Part shown: piece after piece, positions 42,397-52,441 of the stretch
Layout: each line of letters opens with the position of its first letter
Numbering within the stretch: the first letter of the stretch is position 1
DNA from: Thermodesulfobacteriota bacterium
GTDB taxonomy: Bacteria; Desulfobacterota; Desulfuromonadia; Desulfuromonadales; Geopsychrobacteraceae
Assembly: GCA_028282145.1 (NCBI GenBank)
Contig: JANQIN010000230.1
Span: 1-60,760 of the forward strand
DNA length: 60,760 bases
Direction: 5' to 3'
The notes under the pieces: model-generated
Told to the model about the DNA's origin: nothing
Database searches by the model: none
Seen by the model: the letters and a program-made list of their open reading frames with translations, nothing else
Translations under genes and position numbers: made by a program

Positions 42397-43479
42397 ATGA
42401 TGGCACATCCTAGGGAGGTCTCTGTGGCACGGATCGACGCACTGTTTAAACTGATGCAACAAAAGGGAGCCAGCGACCTGCATCTTTCGGCCGGTTCACC
42501 TCCGCTTTTGCGGATCAGTGGCGACATGGAGCCGGTCAAACACCCACCTCTGACCCATGATCAGGCACAAGGTCTCCTTTTTGAGGTTCTCAGCGACGAT
42601 CAAAAAGCCCATTTCCAGCAGACCAACGACCTGGATTTTGCTTATTCGGTTCCAAATCTGGCGCGCTTTCGCGGCAACATCATGATGACTCATCGAGGTA
42701 TCGCCGCTGTCTTCCGGATCATCCCCAGCGAAGTGCTGACCGCTGAACAGCTTGGCCTCCCCGATGGGGTCATGCGGATGACCCATTTTAAAAAAGGCCT
42801 GGTATTGGTCACCGGCCCCACCGGTTCAGGAAAATCGACCACCCTGGCGGCGATGATCGATTCAATCAACAGGACCCGCAAGGAACACATCCTGACCCTG
42901 GAGGACCCGCTGGAATTTATCCACCCGAATCAGCAGTCCCTCGTCAATCAGCGACAGGTCGGAACCCACACCGACTCCTTCTCCGCCGCCCTGCGGGCTG
43001 CCTTGCGTGAAGATCCGGATGTCATCCTGGTCGGCGAAATGCGAGATCTGGAGACGATCAGCCTTGCCATGACGGCCGCCGAAACCGGCCACCTTGTTTT
43101 TGGCACCCTGCACACCAACTCGGCCGCCAAAACCATCGACCGGATTATCGACGCCTTCCCGAAAGATCAGCAGGAGCAGGTGCGCACCATGCTCGGTGAA
43201 AGCCTGCGGGGCGTGATCTGTCAGCAGCTGTTGAAGAAAAAAGGAGGGGGCCGCGCGGCAGCCATGGAGATCCTGCAGGTCAATGCAGCGGTTTCCAACC
43301 TGATTCGTGAGGGCAAAACCTTCCAGATCCCCTCGATTATTCAAACGGGGCGTAAAGATGGTATGCAACTGATGGATCAACACCTGATGGAGCTGGTCAA
43401 ATCGGACATCATCGCGGCCGAAGACGCCTACCGCTGTGCCGCCGTTAAAACTCAGTTCGAGCCGATGCTCGGGCGATAA
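42397..43479 (+). CDS. pilT: Type IV pilus retraction ATPase PilT
   Basis: GASDLHLSAGSPP...VTGPTGSGKSTTLAAMI...ALREDPDVILVGEMRDLETI...TGHLVFGTLHTNSAAKTIDRI is collinear with PilT. Confidence 0.92.
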   Translation: MMAHPREVSVARIDALFKLMQQKGASDLHLSAGSPPLLRISGDMEPVKHPPLTHDQAQGLLFEVLSDDQKAHFQQTNDLDFAYSVPNLARFRGNIMMTHRGIAAVFRIIPSEVLTAEQLGLPDGVMRMTHFKKGLVLVTGPTGSGKSTTLAAMIDSINRTRKEHILTLEDPLEFIHPNQQSLVNQRQVGTHTDSFSAALRAALREDPDVILVGEMRDLETISLAMTAAETGHLVFGTLHTNSAAKTIDRIIDAFPKDQQEQVRTMLGESLRGVICQQLLKKKGGGRAAAMEILQVNAAVSNLIREGKTFQIPSIIQTGRKDGMQLMDQHLMELVKSDIIAAEDAYRCAAVKTQFEPMLGR

Positions 43480-43500
43480 GATATCGAGTAAACTGAAAGC

Positions 43501-45516
43501 ATGGAGGGTAACATTCCCAGCCCCCGGGGGCCCATGGATCAGAAAAATATCCCAAAATTGGACACTCTTCTTCTTCGGGTTTCCCGGTTTCGTGTTTTCC
43601 GAAAGTTCCTTCTTTACTTTTTGCCGCTCGCTTGTCTGTTCACGGGTCTGTATTATCTTGCCTACTACTACAACTTCCATCAGAAACAATCGCTGGAACA
43701 GGCGGCTGAATTCCGACATACCCAATTGGCGCGAGCGGTCCTGATCCGTGATCTCGAACTCATTGCGTCGGACCTCCTCCTTCTCGCCCGAAGCCCGGAG
43801 ATGAGGACCCTGGTTAACAGCGGCAAGAACGGACTCCTGCCGGCGGTTCAGAACCGATTCCTTGACCTTGCCAGAGACCGCCATATTTATGATCAGATCC
43901 GCTACCTGGATCAAACCGGCCAGGAGGTTATCCGAATCAACTTCGATGGAGAGGTTTCCGAAGTGATCGACGAGGACCAGCTGCAGTTCAAGGGCGACCG
44001 ATACTACTTTCAGGAAACATCCCGGCTCGGAGAGAACGAGATCTTTGTCTCTCCTCTCGATCTCAATGTAGAGCGTGGGAAAGTTGAAATCCCCCACAAG
44101 CCGGTGCTCAGAGTCGCTCTCCCAATGGCCAACACCTTTAAGGAGCCTCGCGGCGTTCTGATTCTCAATTACCTGGCCCGTCCCATGCTTCAACGAATGC
44201 GGGCATCTCTCCCGACACAATCCTCCACCATTTACGGCCTCATCAATTCAACCGGGTGCTGGCTGGACCATCCCGATACCGAAAAAACGTTTCGCTTTAT
44301 GTTTGATAAGGCGGGCTGTTTTGCAGAGGAACATCAAGACGCCTGGGAAATCATTCGAGGTTCGAGCGTTGGACAGCTCAACGGTCAACGTGGCCATTAC
44401 ACCTTTGCTCGAATCTCACCCGTCGGTGCCATGACATTGGATCTGACCAAAGTGGCTCGCAGCACCGAACGGGGAGGTCACTGGTGGATCATTGCTTATC
44501 GTCCCTTGAAACCGTTTCCGGTTTTCTCGGGGGAAGAAACCGACCTGATGGTCTTGTTCACCTTTTTGATTCTCTTGGCTTTAGCCGGAGTGGGCTCTTG
44601 GCAGATCGCACGCAGTCGTTGCTCCCGAGAGCAATGGGAGTCGTTTTCCAGCCTTCTGTTCCATGCGGTAGATCAAAGCCCTGCCGGCATTATGATCACC
44701 AATACCGATGGGGATATTGAATATATTAACGCCAAGTTTACCGACCTCTCCGGCTACACGGAAGAACAAGCTCTGGGCCAAAATCCCCGGTTTCTTAAAT
44801 CGGATGAAAAATCTTCCGAGGAATATGCCGACCTTTGGGCGACAATTACCCGGGGGGAAACCTGGACGGGCGAGTTTCATAATATAAAATCCAACGGCGA
44901 TGATTACTATGCCAAAACCTCCATCTCTCCGGTTCTCGACTCGAGAGGAGAAATCGCCCATTTTATCGGTGTGCAGGAGGACGTCACCAGCCAACGTCGC
45001 CTACAACAAGAGCTTCTTCAGCTTGCCACGACCGACCCGCTGACCGGGCTGCATAACCGTCGTTTCCTCTTTGACTGCGCAGAAAAAGAGATTGATCGCT
45101 GTTGCCGCTATCATCACCCGCTCAGTGTCATGTTGATGGACCTGGATCATTTTAAAAAGATCAACGACAGCTTCGGGCATGATGCAGGGGACCAGGTTCT
45201 GAGGGCCGTGGCCCGGATGCTGGAAGGCAATATCCGATCCACCGATCTGGTCGTGCGTTATGGCGGGGAAGAGTTTGTCGTTATGCTTCCGGAAACGGAT
45301 CTAACCAAAACCCTTGCCTTTGCCGAACGACTGCGAGCAGCCGTTGAGGCAATGGAGGTGGAGGGGATCGATGACGGTTGGCCGATCACCCTCAGTATCG
45401 GCTGTTCCCCTTGGCACCCTCACGAGAAGTCCATCGAAGACGCCTTGACACGTGCCGACCAGGCAATGTACCAATGCAAATCCCAAGGGAGAAACCGGGT
45501 CAGCGGTTTCCGTTAA
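43501..45516 (+). CDS. Diguanylate cyclase with periplasmic Cache-like sensor, PAS and GGDEF domains
   Basis: Two TM segments flank a region of about 300 aa. PAS (ITNTDGDIEYIN), DPLTGLHNRR, and RYGGEEF with an RSTD I-site. Confidence 0.9.
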   Translation: MEGNIPSPRGPMDQKNIPKLDTLLLRVSRFRVFRKFLLYFLPLACLFTGLYYLAYYYNFHQKQSLEQAAEFRHTQLARAVLIRDLELIASDLLLLARSPEMRTLVNSGKNGLLPAVQNRFLDLARDRHIYDQIRYLDQTGQEVIRINFDGEVSEVIDEDQLQFKGDRYYFQETSRLGENEIFVSPLDLNVERGKVEIPHKPVLRVALPMANTFKEPRGVLILNYLARPMLQRMRASLPTQSSTIYGLINSTGCWLDHPDTEKTFRFMFDKAGCFAEEHQDAWEIIRGSSVGQLNGQRGHYTFARISPVGAMTLDLTKVARSTERGGHWWIIAYRPLKPFPVFSGEETDLMVLFTFLILLALAGVGSWQIARSRCSREQWESFSSLLFHAVDQSPAGIMITNTDGDIEYINAKFTDLSGYTEEQALGQNPRFLKSDEKSSEEYADLWATITRGETWTGEFHNIKSNGDDYYAKTSISPVLDSRGEIAHFIGVQEDVTSQRRLQQELLQLATTDPLTGLHNRRFLFDCAEKEIDRCCRYHHPLSVMLMDLDHFKKINDSFGHDAGDQVLRAVARMLEGNIRSTDLVVRYGGEEFVVMLPETDLTKTLAFAERLRAAVEAMEVEGIDDGWPITLSIGCSPWHPHEKSIEDALTRADQAMYQCKSQGRNRVSGFR

Positions 45517-46126
45517 GTGGGAAACTTTTCGTCTGTTCGGCAATCTCCCGCGACAGCAGCAGGCTGAAGTTGTTTAACGCCTGATTCATCGCCTTGACCA
45601 GAGCCGGGTAGTCGTCCCCCTGGACCGGTGTTGAAACAGTTCGGCTGCCTTGGGAGAGGACCTTTCCATCGCGCCCCTGCACGACAAAGTTGACCTTGAG
45701 GACAGCCTCCCCCGCCATCTTTCCGTCAAAACGAAGGACCCGTAGTCGCAACCTGAGATCCGGAGCCCATTCGGTTCGCCAGGGAGAATAGATCACATTC
45801 CGGGCCGGCAGCGCCCTCCCCATATTTTCCCCAAGGACCCGGCCGATCCCTTCGTCGAGCGGCTCGGCCCAGACATCAAAGGCTCCGCGGAGCAACCGAT
45901 TGCCCTCGCCCCGATGGACGATCTGCGGCCGATCCAGATAGCCCGGCAGAAGAACTTTGCTGATGCCCAGTGTCGGGGGAGGTTGATCCAGTAATGCCTG
46001 TGCCGTCAAAACCTCGGCCGGCTGCAGAAGATAGTTTCGGCTGCTGGTTTTGGTTCCTTCCCCCAGAGGGGCACAGCCGGCCATCAACAGGGTCGCCGTC
46101 AACCATGCTATCGCTCGCCAGATCAT
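45500..46126 (-). CDS. PqiC/YmbA-like ABC-transport auxiliary lipoprotein (DUF330)
   Basis: Lipobox LLMAGC. Its size and its position after the MCE-domain gene are typical. ATGA overlap with the upstream gene. Confidence 0.7.
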   Translation of the reverse strand: MIWRAIAWLTATLLMAGCAPLGEGTKTSSRNYLLQPAEVLTAQALLDQPPPTLGISKVLLPGYLDRPQIVHRGEGNRLLRGAFDVWAEPLDEGIGRVLGENMGRALPARNVIYSPWRTEWAPDLRLRLRVLRFDGKMAGEAVLKVNFVVQGRDGKVLSQGSRTVSTPVQGDDYPALVKAMNQALNNFSLLLSREIAEQTKSFPLNGNR

Positions 46127-47136
46127 GAGGCGTCTCCTTCGTCCTGTCGCCCGCGCAGCAACATATCGGGGCGCTGCTCCAGTTCGTCCAGCAGAATTCG
46201 CAGAGATCGGGCAGCCGCGCCCAGCTCCCGCAATGTCCGGTTCAGCTCATAATGAAGCTCTGAATCCGGCCCCACTACCTGATCGACCGTTCCCAGAGTC
46301 TGGTCAACATTCTTGAGAGTCCGGTCGGCCGATTTCATGGTCTGTTCGGCGGCATCGGCCAATTTTTGAAGATTGGAGCTGACCGGCTTGACCTCAGACT
46401 CCAGACTGGCCATCAACTGTCGTCCGTCCTGCACCGCCAGGGTCACCTCTTCCATCATCGGCAGCAGCTTCTGATCCAGCTTGGCCGTAAGGTCACGGAT
46501 CGTTTCCAGACTGGTGTCCAGGTTGGCCAGACTCCGTTTCAGCTCCGGCGCCTGCACCAGTTGATTGAACGAATCGATGGCACCGATCGCATTATCCACC
46601 AACCTTTTGAACGGCAGATCACCAACGGCCTTGGCCAGTTCGTCGATACTGGAGGGGACGGTCGGCAGTTCCTTGTATCTGAGCTTTCCACCAATCAGAC
46701 GTGCGGGTTTATTGGGATAAAAATCAAAATCAATCGCCAGGACACCCGTCACAAAGCTCTGCGTCTGGAGCCGGGCCCGTAACCCTCTCTCAACCAAACC
46801 GTCCACCAGATTGTACCGATTGAAACGCTGCAGCATCCCCTGGCCGTCCACCGGCACCATGGCTTCGGGGGAGGTCTCGATCTCCACCAGGACCCGGAAG
46901 TCTTCCCGCTTCTCCCCGACCCGGACACTGACGTCGTTCACCTTTCCGATGGGGACACCGCGAAAGGTGACCGGCGAACCGGCCCGCAGACCCTTGACGC
47001 TACCGTCGAAATAGAGGCTGAAGAACATCCGGTCCTCAATCAGGCCGCCGGCACCGAAAATCAGAACCCCGGCTACGGAGAGGATGATCGCCCCCAGGAC
47101 AAATGCGCCGATCAGCGCAGGATGAGAGGATTTCAT
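46123..47136 (-). CDS. MlaD/MCE-domain protein
   Basis: N-terminal TM, then GLRAGSPVTFRGVPIGKV (MCE core) and a long helical C-terminus. Confidence 0.85.
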   Translation of the reverse strand: MKSSHPALIGAFVLGAIILSVAGVLIFGAGGLIEDRMFFSLYFDGSVKGLRAGSPVTFRGVPIGKVNDVSVRVGEKREDFRVLVEIETSPEAMVPVDGQGMLQRFNRYNLVDGLVERGLRARLQTQSFVTGVLAIDFDFYPNKPARLIGGKLRYKELPTVPSSIDELAKAVGDLPFKRLVDNAIGAIDSFNQLVQAPELKRSLANLDTSLETIRDLTAKLDQKLLPMMEEVTLAVQDGRQLMASLESEVKPVSSNLQKLADAAEQTMKSADRTLKNVDQTLGTVDQVVGPDSELHYELNRTLRELGAAARSLRILLDELEQRPDMLLRGRQDEGDAS

Positions 47137-47909
47137 GCGTCACCTCGCGTCAGAAAGGACCGAACTCGCGGGTCGTCACAATGATGCAGCAGATGGTTGG
47201 GATCACCAGTGGCAATCATGGTCCGACTGTCCGCATCCAGAAAGACCGAATTGGTCCCGATAGCGAAAATACTGGCCAATTCGTGGGTCACCACCACAAT
47301 CGTCGCCCCAAGACTGGCTTTGAGTTCAAGAATCAGTTCGTCCAGAAGGCGGGCACTGATCGGATCCAGGCCGGCCGAAGGTTCGTCGAAAAACAGAATT
47401 TCCGGGTCGAGGGCTATCGCCCGCGCAAGACCGGCCCGCTTCCGCATACCGCCACTGATCTCCGACGGCATATAATCCTCGTACCCGGCCAAACCGACCA
47501 GCGACAGCTTGAACCGGACCAGATCGCGAATGTCGGTGGCCGACAGATCCGTATACTCCTTGAGCGGCAGGGCAACGTTCTCCGCCAGAGACATACTGCT
47601 CCAGAGCGCACCGCTCTGGTAGAGGACCCCGGCCTTGCGAATCACCTCTTGCCGCCGCTCCGCCGGTGCCAACCAAAACGGTTCTCCATCGTAGTAGATC
47701 TCTCCGAAGGCCGGCTTTTTAAGCCCGATGAGATGGCGCAGAAGAGTGGACTTGCCACAGCCGGAGCCTCCCATGATGATAAAGATATCGCCCCGCTCAA
47801 TGGCAAAGTTCAGATTCTGCTGCACCACATTATGGTCGTAAGCCATGGTCAGGTCGTCGACATAAATATGAGGGACCTCAGGCAACATGGCGTCAGAATC
47901 CAATCGCAT
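47133..47909 (-). CDS. MlaF-like ABC transporter ATP-binding protein
   Basis: GGSGCGKSTLL, ISGGMRKRAGLARA, LFFDEPSAGLD. An alternative start at ATG 47888 is possible. Confidence 0.9.
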   Translation of the reverse strand: MRLDSDAMLPEVPHIYVDDLTMAYDHNVVQQNLNFAIERGDIFIIMGGSGCGKSTLLRHLIGLKKPAFGEIYYDGEPFWLAPAERRQEVIRKAGVLYQSGALWSSMSLAENVALPLKEYTDLSATDIRDLVRFKLSLVGLAGYEDYMPSEISGGMRKRAGLARAIALDPEILFFDEPSAGLDPISARLLDELILELKASLGATIVVVTHELASIFAIGTNSVFLDADSRTMIATGDPNHLLHHCDDPRVRSFLTRGDA

Positions 47910-49020
47910 AGTACATGACCGTGATCACCGCACAGGCCACCACGATCCAGATGATCCCCGACACCACCGCCGAAGTGGTTGCCAGCCCTACCGCCTGCGC
48001 CGATCGCCCACACCTCAGGCCGTGCAGGCAACCGGCCATCGCCACCAGGACCCCATAGACCGCGCTCTTGATCAGACCGGCGACAAAATGGCGAATGGGA
48101 ACCGCATCCATCGTCTGATAAAAGTACTGGGCAAAGGTGATCTCACTAATCCCGGAGGTGGTAACAGCCCCCCCCAGAATCCCCATAAAGTTGGCGTAGA
48201 TCGCCAGAAGGGGCATCATCAGAGTCAGAGCCAGAAGGCGTGGCAGCACCAGAAGGTCCATCGGCGGAACACCCAGTGTTTTCAAAGCATCGATTTCCTC
48301 GTTGACTTGCATGGTTCCCAGTTGCGCCGCATAGGCGGCCCCGGTTCGGCCGGCCATGATGATGGCCGCCATCATGGCCGCCATATCCCGAGCCATTCCC
48401 AACCCGACCAGGTTGGCAACGTAGATACTGGCACCGAACAGCTCCAGCTGAACCGTACTGACAAACGCCAGAATGACGCCGACCAAAAAGGAGATCAGGC
48501 TGACGATCGGCAAGGCCTCGGCCCCGCAGGCCGACATCAGGTGCCCCATCTCCCGCCAGCGAAACTGGCTGCGGCCGGTCAGAATCCGGGCGATCCCCTG
48601 GGAGGCGCCCCCGATAAACGACAGCAGATCGCCGAAACTATAGACAACATCGGTAGCCCCGTACCCCAGGCGGGACAGAAAATCATACTGGTGTGTCGCC
48701 TTTTTCGCATCCGCTCTTTCCGGACGGGCCTTCGACAGTTCCAACAGACGATCGACCCCTTCGGGCATCTGGCGACATCGGAGCTCTACCCCCTGCTCCC
48801 GACAGTGCCTACCGAGACGAGCCAGAAAAAGGAGGAGAGTGCTGTCCCATCCTTCGATCTGGGAACCATCGACCCACAACGGCCGATCGGTACGCACCGC
48901 TCCCAAAGCCTTCTGCTGATCCGGCAGGGGCTGCCCCAGACGCCAGAGCCCGGCCAGGGAAAGGACCACCTCGGCAGGAGTCTCCGTCGCCTCGACGGTA
49001 TATGCAGGGGCATTGTCCAC
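47893..49020 (-). CDS. MlaE-like ABC permease with N-terminal STAS-like domain
   Basis: The C-terminal 260 aa is the MlaE permease pattern. The N-terminal roughly 110 aa (VVLSLAGLW...WDSTLLLFL...LRCRQMPEGVDRLLEL) looks like a STAS/MlaB-like domain. Start set at GTG 49020 because the ORF-track start at 49281 runs through the nitroreductase gene. Confidence 0.8.
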   Translation of the reverse strand: MDNAPAYTVEATETPAEVVLSLAGLWRLGQPLPDQQKALGAVRTDRPLWVDGSQIEGWDSTLLLFLARLGRHCREQGVELRCRQMPEGVDRLLELSKARPERADAKKATHQYDFLSRLGYGATDVVYSFGDLLSFIGGASQGIARILTGRSQFRWREMGHLMSACGAEALPIVSLISFLVGVILAFVSTVQLELFGASIYVANLVGLGMARDMAAMMAAIIMAGRTGAAYAAQLGTMQVNEEIDALKTLGVPPMDLLVLPRLLALTLMMPLLAIYANFMGILGGAVTTSGISEITFAQYFYQTMDAVPIRHFVAGLIKSAVYGVLVAMAGCLHGLRCGRSAQAVGLATTSAVVSGIIWIVVACAVITVMYYAIGF

Positions 49021-49034
49021 AGGGTTCCTTTCGG

Positions 49035-49550
49035 TCAGGGGCGAACCTGACAACGCTCCCGGGGCAAAGAACCGGCATCGATAGCCGGCTTGGCTTCCGC
49101 CGGATAACCTACCCCGATAATCGAGGCGACCTCCCAGCCTTTCGGCAGAGCGAGAACCTCTTTCACCACGTCCGCTGCAGGCTGTCCGTCGTCTGCCTCC
49201 CGCAGCCGGACCTGACACCAGCAACTGCCCAGCCCCAGCGATTGCGCCGTCACCTGGACCAGAGCCGCGGCGATGGCACAATCCTCAACCCAGACATCGG
49301 AAAGGCGCGGTTCTGCTGCAATCACGATATTCAGTGGCGCTTCGGCCAGAAAGGCCGCGCCATGAGGCTTGCAATGGGACAACCGAAAGCGCTCTTCGGC
49401 CCCTTCGACAAAGATAAACTGCCAAGGGCGTCGATTCTTCGAGGTTGGGGCCCGGAGACAAGCCTCGATCAACAACGCCCTCAGATCCTCCGCTACCGGG
49501 TCGGGCTCAAACTTGCGGCAGCTGCGACGTTGTCGGATCCAACCGATCAT
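49035..49550 (-). CDS. Nitroreductase-family FMN oxidoreductase
   Basis: RRSCRKF...APTSKNRRPWQF...DCAIAAALVQVTAQSLGLGSCW. Confidence 0.85.
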   Translation of the reverse strand: MIGWIRQRRSCRKFEPDPVAEDLRALLIEACLRAPTSKNRRPWQFIFVEGAEERFRLSHCKPHGAAFLAEAPLNIVIAAEPRLSDVWVEDCAIAAALVQVTAQSLGLGSCWCQVRLREADDGQPAADVVKEVLALPKGWEVASIIGVGYPAEAKPAIDAGSLPRERCQVRP

Positions 49551-49560
49551 CTTCCTCTCC

Positions 49561-50430
49561 TCAGTACTGGGTCAGACGGTAGCCCGCCTGCTCCAGAGCG
49601 TTGACCAGCCCATCGGGTCCCGCCAGATGGGCCGCACCGACAACAACCAGACAGGTCTGATCCGAATTCATATATCCGCGGATCTTCGACAACCAGGCCC
49701 TGTTGCGCTGCCGTATCAAAGCATCATAGACACGGGGATACTGACGAAACTTGGCCAGATAGTTGGCTTCAATATAGGCCATATCCCCGCGGATCCAGGC
49801 CGCAAGAATCTTCTCGACTTCCGTTTCAATGGTGCGTAACTCATTGAGAGTCTGATCCACCATCTCCCGTTGAACCCTGGTCGGCAGCGCATCCAACAGC
49901 CGAAGTTGGTCTTCCAGAGTTTCAAGACCGTAGATCGGCTTCCCTTCCTTCATCGCCCGCGAGAAGAAATGGGCATCCAGCCCCAGAGAAGGATCGTACC
50001 CCAACTGTCCCAGGCGGGCACGGGTCATACTCATGGCCACAAACCAGGGCTTGTATCGGTCAAAGGCACCCGGAGGCAGATCCAGTGTAGTCAGTGCGGA
50101 TCGAACACGCGCATAGAGTTTGTTCCCCAGAGCGTCCTTGAGGCTGTCGCCATGGGGCAAGGTCGAGAGCAGGGTAATTCGCCGCTGCTGTTCCGGCTTC
50201 ACCATCTGGTTCAGATCGACTTCCAGCACCAGACAAGCCGACTCTGAAAAGGCCGACTCCACGGTTTCCGGCAAGGGGTAGTGGGAGGGTTTCAGGAGGT
50301 GCACCGATCCCTGCAGAAAGAGCTGTTTCCCGCCATGCTCCACCCGCCAAAGACTATGCTCTGCCAGCACCGTGCCCGGCCACAGCCAGACAAAAGCGCT
50401 GACACAGATGAAATAACCGAGATATCGCAT
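49561..50430 (-). CDS. TraB/GumN-family protein, secreted
   Basis: Signal peptide, then LWRVEHGGKQLFLQGSVHLL...GLE...VVVGAAHLAGPDGLVNALEQAGY. Start at ATG 50430. Confidence 0.8.
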   Translation of the reverse strand: MRYLGYFICVSAFVWLWPGTVLAEHSLWRVEHGGKQLFLQGSVHLLKPSHYPLPETVESAFSESACLVLEVDLNQMVKPEQQRRITLLSTLPHGDSLKDALGNKLYARVRSALTTLDLPPGAFDRYKPWFVAMSMTRARLGQLGYDPSLGLDAHFFSRAMKEGKPIYGLETLEDQLRLLDALPTRVQREMVDQTLNELRTIETEVEKILAAWIRGDMAYIEANYLAKFRQYPRVYDALIRQRNRAWLSKIRGYMNSDQTCLVVVGAAHLAGPDGLVNALEQAGYRLTQY

Positions 50431-50693
50431 CCTCTGGTCCTGGTTCTGGCCTGAGAAGGACCCTAACAGACCGATTCCATTACGAGTTTTCATTAGTCTA
50501 GCATCCCTGGTGAACAGGACCAAGTTTTCCGTACCCTCCGGGGGCTTGAAATCCGTTCTGTTGTCGATCTTTTCCCGAAACGAGGTCCATTCGTCAAGCG
50601 CACATTTCCCTACAGGAAACAGCGTTATAAACAACCGGCCTCCCGCTTGACAGCTACAGGCCAACTCTATACCTTATGGGTTCCAATTGCGCC

Positions 50694-50711
50694 GGTAACC
50701 GTCCGGTTACC
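50694..50711 (+). promoter_or_regulatory. Palindrome GGTAACCG-TC-CGGTTACC in the 5' leader of the gldA-like operon
   Basis: Perfect 8-bp arms, 10 nt upstream of the AAGGAGG RBS of ATG 50737. Could be an operator or an RNA hairpin. Confidence 0.25.
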
Positions 50712-50736
50712 TCATCCCCAAGGAGGACTCACGTCA

Positions 50737-51702
50737 ATGACTGCCATGATCGATGTCCAAGGACTGCGGAAGGAGTTTGGTCATTTCACCGCAGTGAACG
50801 ACATCAGCTTTTCGGTGGAACCGGGACAGGTTCTGGGCTTTCTCGGCCCCAACGGTGCCGGGAAATCGACCACAATGAAGATGTTGACCGGCTTTCTGAC
50901 CCCCACTGCAGGCCGTATCCATATCTGCGGGATCGACGTCGCCGCCAAACCGGTGCAGGCCAAAAAGAAGATCGGCTACTTACCGGAAGGTGCTCCTCTT
51001 TATGCCGAAATGACCCCAGCCAGTTTTCTCAGTTTTATCGGTGATGTGCGTGGGCTCAAAGGGGCCGACAAAAAAAAGCGCATTGAACAGATCGTCGAGC
51101 AGGTCCAACTGCAGGATGTCTGGAAGCAACCGATCGAGACTCTGTCCAAAGGGTATAAGCGGCGCGTCGGCCTGGCGCAAGCCATCCTTCACGACCCTGA
51201 GGTGCTGGTGCTGGACGAACCGACCGACGGTCTCGACCCCAACCAGAAATTTGAGGTCCGGCAACTGGTGCAGCAGATGGCATCGGACAAGGCGATCATC
51301 ATCTCTACCCACATCCTGGAAGAGGTCGACGCGGTCTGTAATCAGGCGATGATCATCGCCCGCGGACGAATTCTTGCCAACGGGACCCCGAAGGAACTTC
51401 TGGCCCTGTCCCAGTTCAGCGGAGCCTACTCTATCCTGATCACATCGTCCCTCCAATCCACCGTTTCGGCCTCTCTGCAGGCCCTTCCTGAGGTGGCCAG
51501 CATCGAAGCCGCCCCCGAAGGAGACGAGCTCTTCCGGACCACTGCCTTCCCGGCTCCGGACGTCAAACTGCACGAGGTCGTCAGCGGCCTGGTACATGCC
51601 CACGGCTGGCCGGCTCTGGAAATCCGGCGTGAATCGGGACGGCTGGACGATGTCTTCCGTCAGTTGACCACCGAGGTGGGACAAGGGGGTGCCCATGCGT
51701 AA
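50737..51702 (+). CDS. ABC transporter ATP-binding protein (GldA-like, ABC-2 type)
   Basis: GPNGAGKSTT, LSKGYKRRVGLAQA, LVLDEPTDGLD. AAGGAGG RBS. Confidence 0.9.
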   Translation: MTAMIDVQGLRKEFGHFTAVNDISFSVEPGQVLGFLGPNGAGKSTTMKMLTGFLTPTAGRIHICGIDVAAKPVQAKKKIGYLPEGAPLYAEMTPASFLSFIGDVRGLKGADKKKRIEQIVEQVQLQDVWKQPIETLSKGYKRRVGLAQAILHDPEVLVLDEPTDGLDPNQKFEVRQLVQQMASDKAIIISTHILEEVDAVCNQAMIIARGRILANGTPKELLALSQFSGAYSILITSSLQSTVSASLQALPEVASIEAAPEGDELFRTTAFPAPDVKLHEVVSGLVHAHGWPALEIRRESGRLDDVFRQLTTEVGQGGAHA

Positions 51703-52429
51703 TGTTGCTGTGATCTTCCGCCGGGAGATGGCCGGATATTTCGCCACCCCACTGGCCTATGTCTTTGTCGTCATCTTCCTGGTGATGATGTCGGTCTTTA
51801 CCTTCTACGTCGGCAATTTCTTTGCGCGTGGTCAGGCCGATCTGCAACCGTTCTTCACCTGGCACCCCTGGCTGTACCTTTTCCTGGTTCCGGCTCTGGG
51901 CATGCGGCTCTGGGCTGAGGAACGAAAAAGCGGTACGATCGAGCTACTTCTGACCCTGCCGGTCTCCATGTTGGAGGCGGCTCTGGGCAAGTTCCTCGCC
52001 GCCTGGTGCATGATCGGACTGGCGCTGACTCTGACCTCACCGATCTGGATCTCGGTCAATGTCCTGGGACAGCCTGACAACGGCGTGATCCTCGCCAGCT
52101 ACCTGGGCAGCCTGCTGATGGCCGGTGCCTATCTGGCGGTCTGCTCCTGCATCTCCGCCACCACCCGAAATCAGGTGATTGCCTTTGTCCTCTCGGTTGC
52201 CGCCTGCTTTGCCTTCCTGTTGGCGGGCTTTCCGCTGGTGCTTGATTTCTTCCGCGCTTGGGTCCCACAACTGGTGCTGGAAGGGATCAAGACCCTGAGC
52301 TTTCTGGCCCACTTTGAGGCGATTATCAAAGGGGTCATCGATTTCCGTGACGTGGTCTTCTTCCTCAGCTTTATCGCCTTCTGGCTTTATGCCGGGGCCT
52401 GGCTGATCGACCGCAAAAAAGCAGACTGA
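51689..52429 (+). CDS. ABC-2 family permease (GldF-like)
   Basis: Six TM segments. Overlaps the ATPase gene by 14 nt. Confidence 0.8.
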   Translation: MPMRNVAVIFRREMAGYFATPLAYVFVVIFLVMMSVFTFYVGNFFARGQADLQPFFTWHPWLYLFLVPALGMRLWAEERKSGTIELLLTLPVSMLEAALGKFLAAWCMIGLALTLTSPIWISVNVLGQPDNGVILASYLGSLLMAGAYLAVCSCISATTRNQVIAFVLSVAACFAFLLAGFPLVLDFFRAWVPQLVLEGIKTLSFLAHFEAIIKGVIDFRDVVFFLSFIAFWLYAGAWLIDRKKAD

Positions 52430-52441
52430 GAGAGGGAATAC

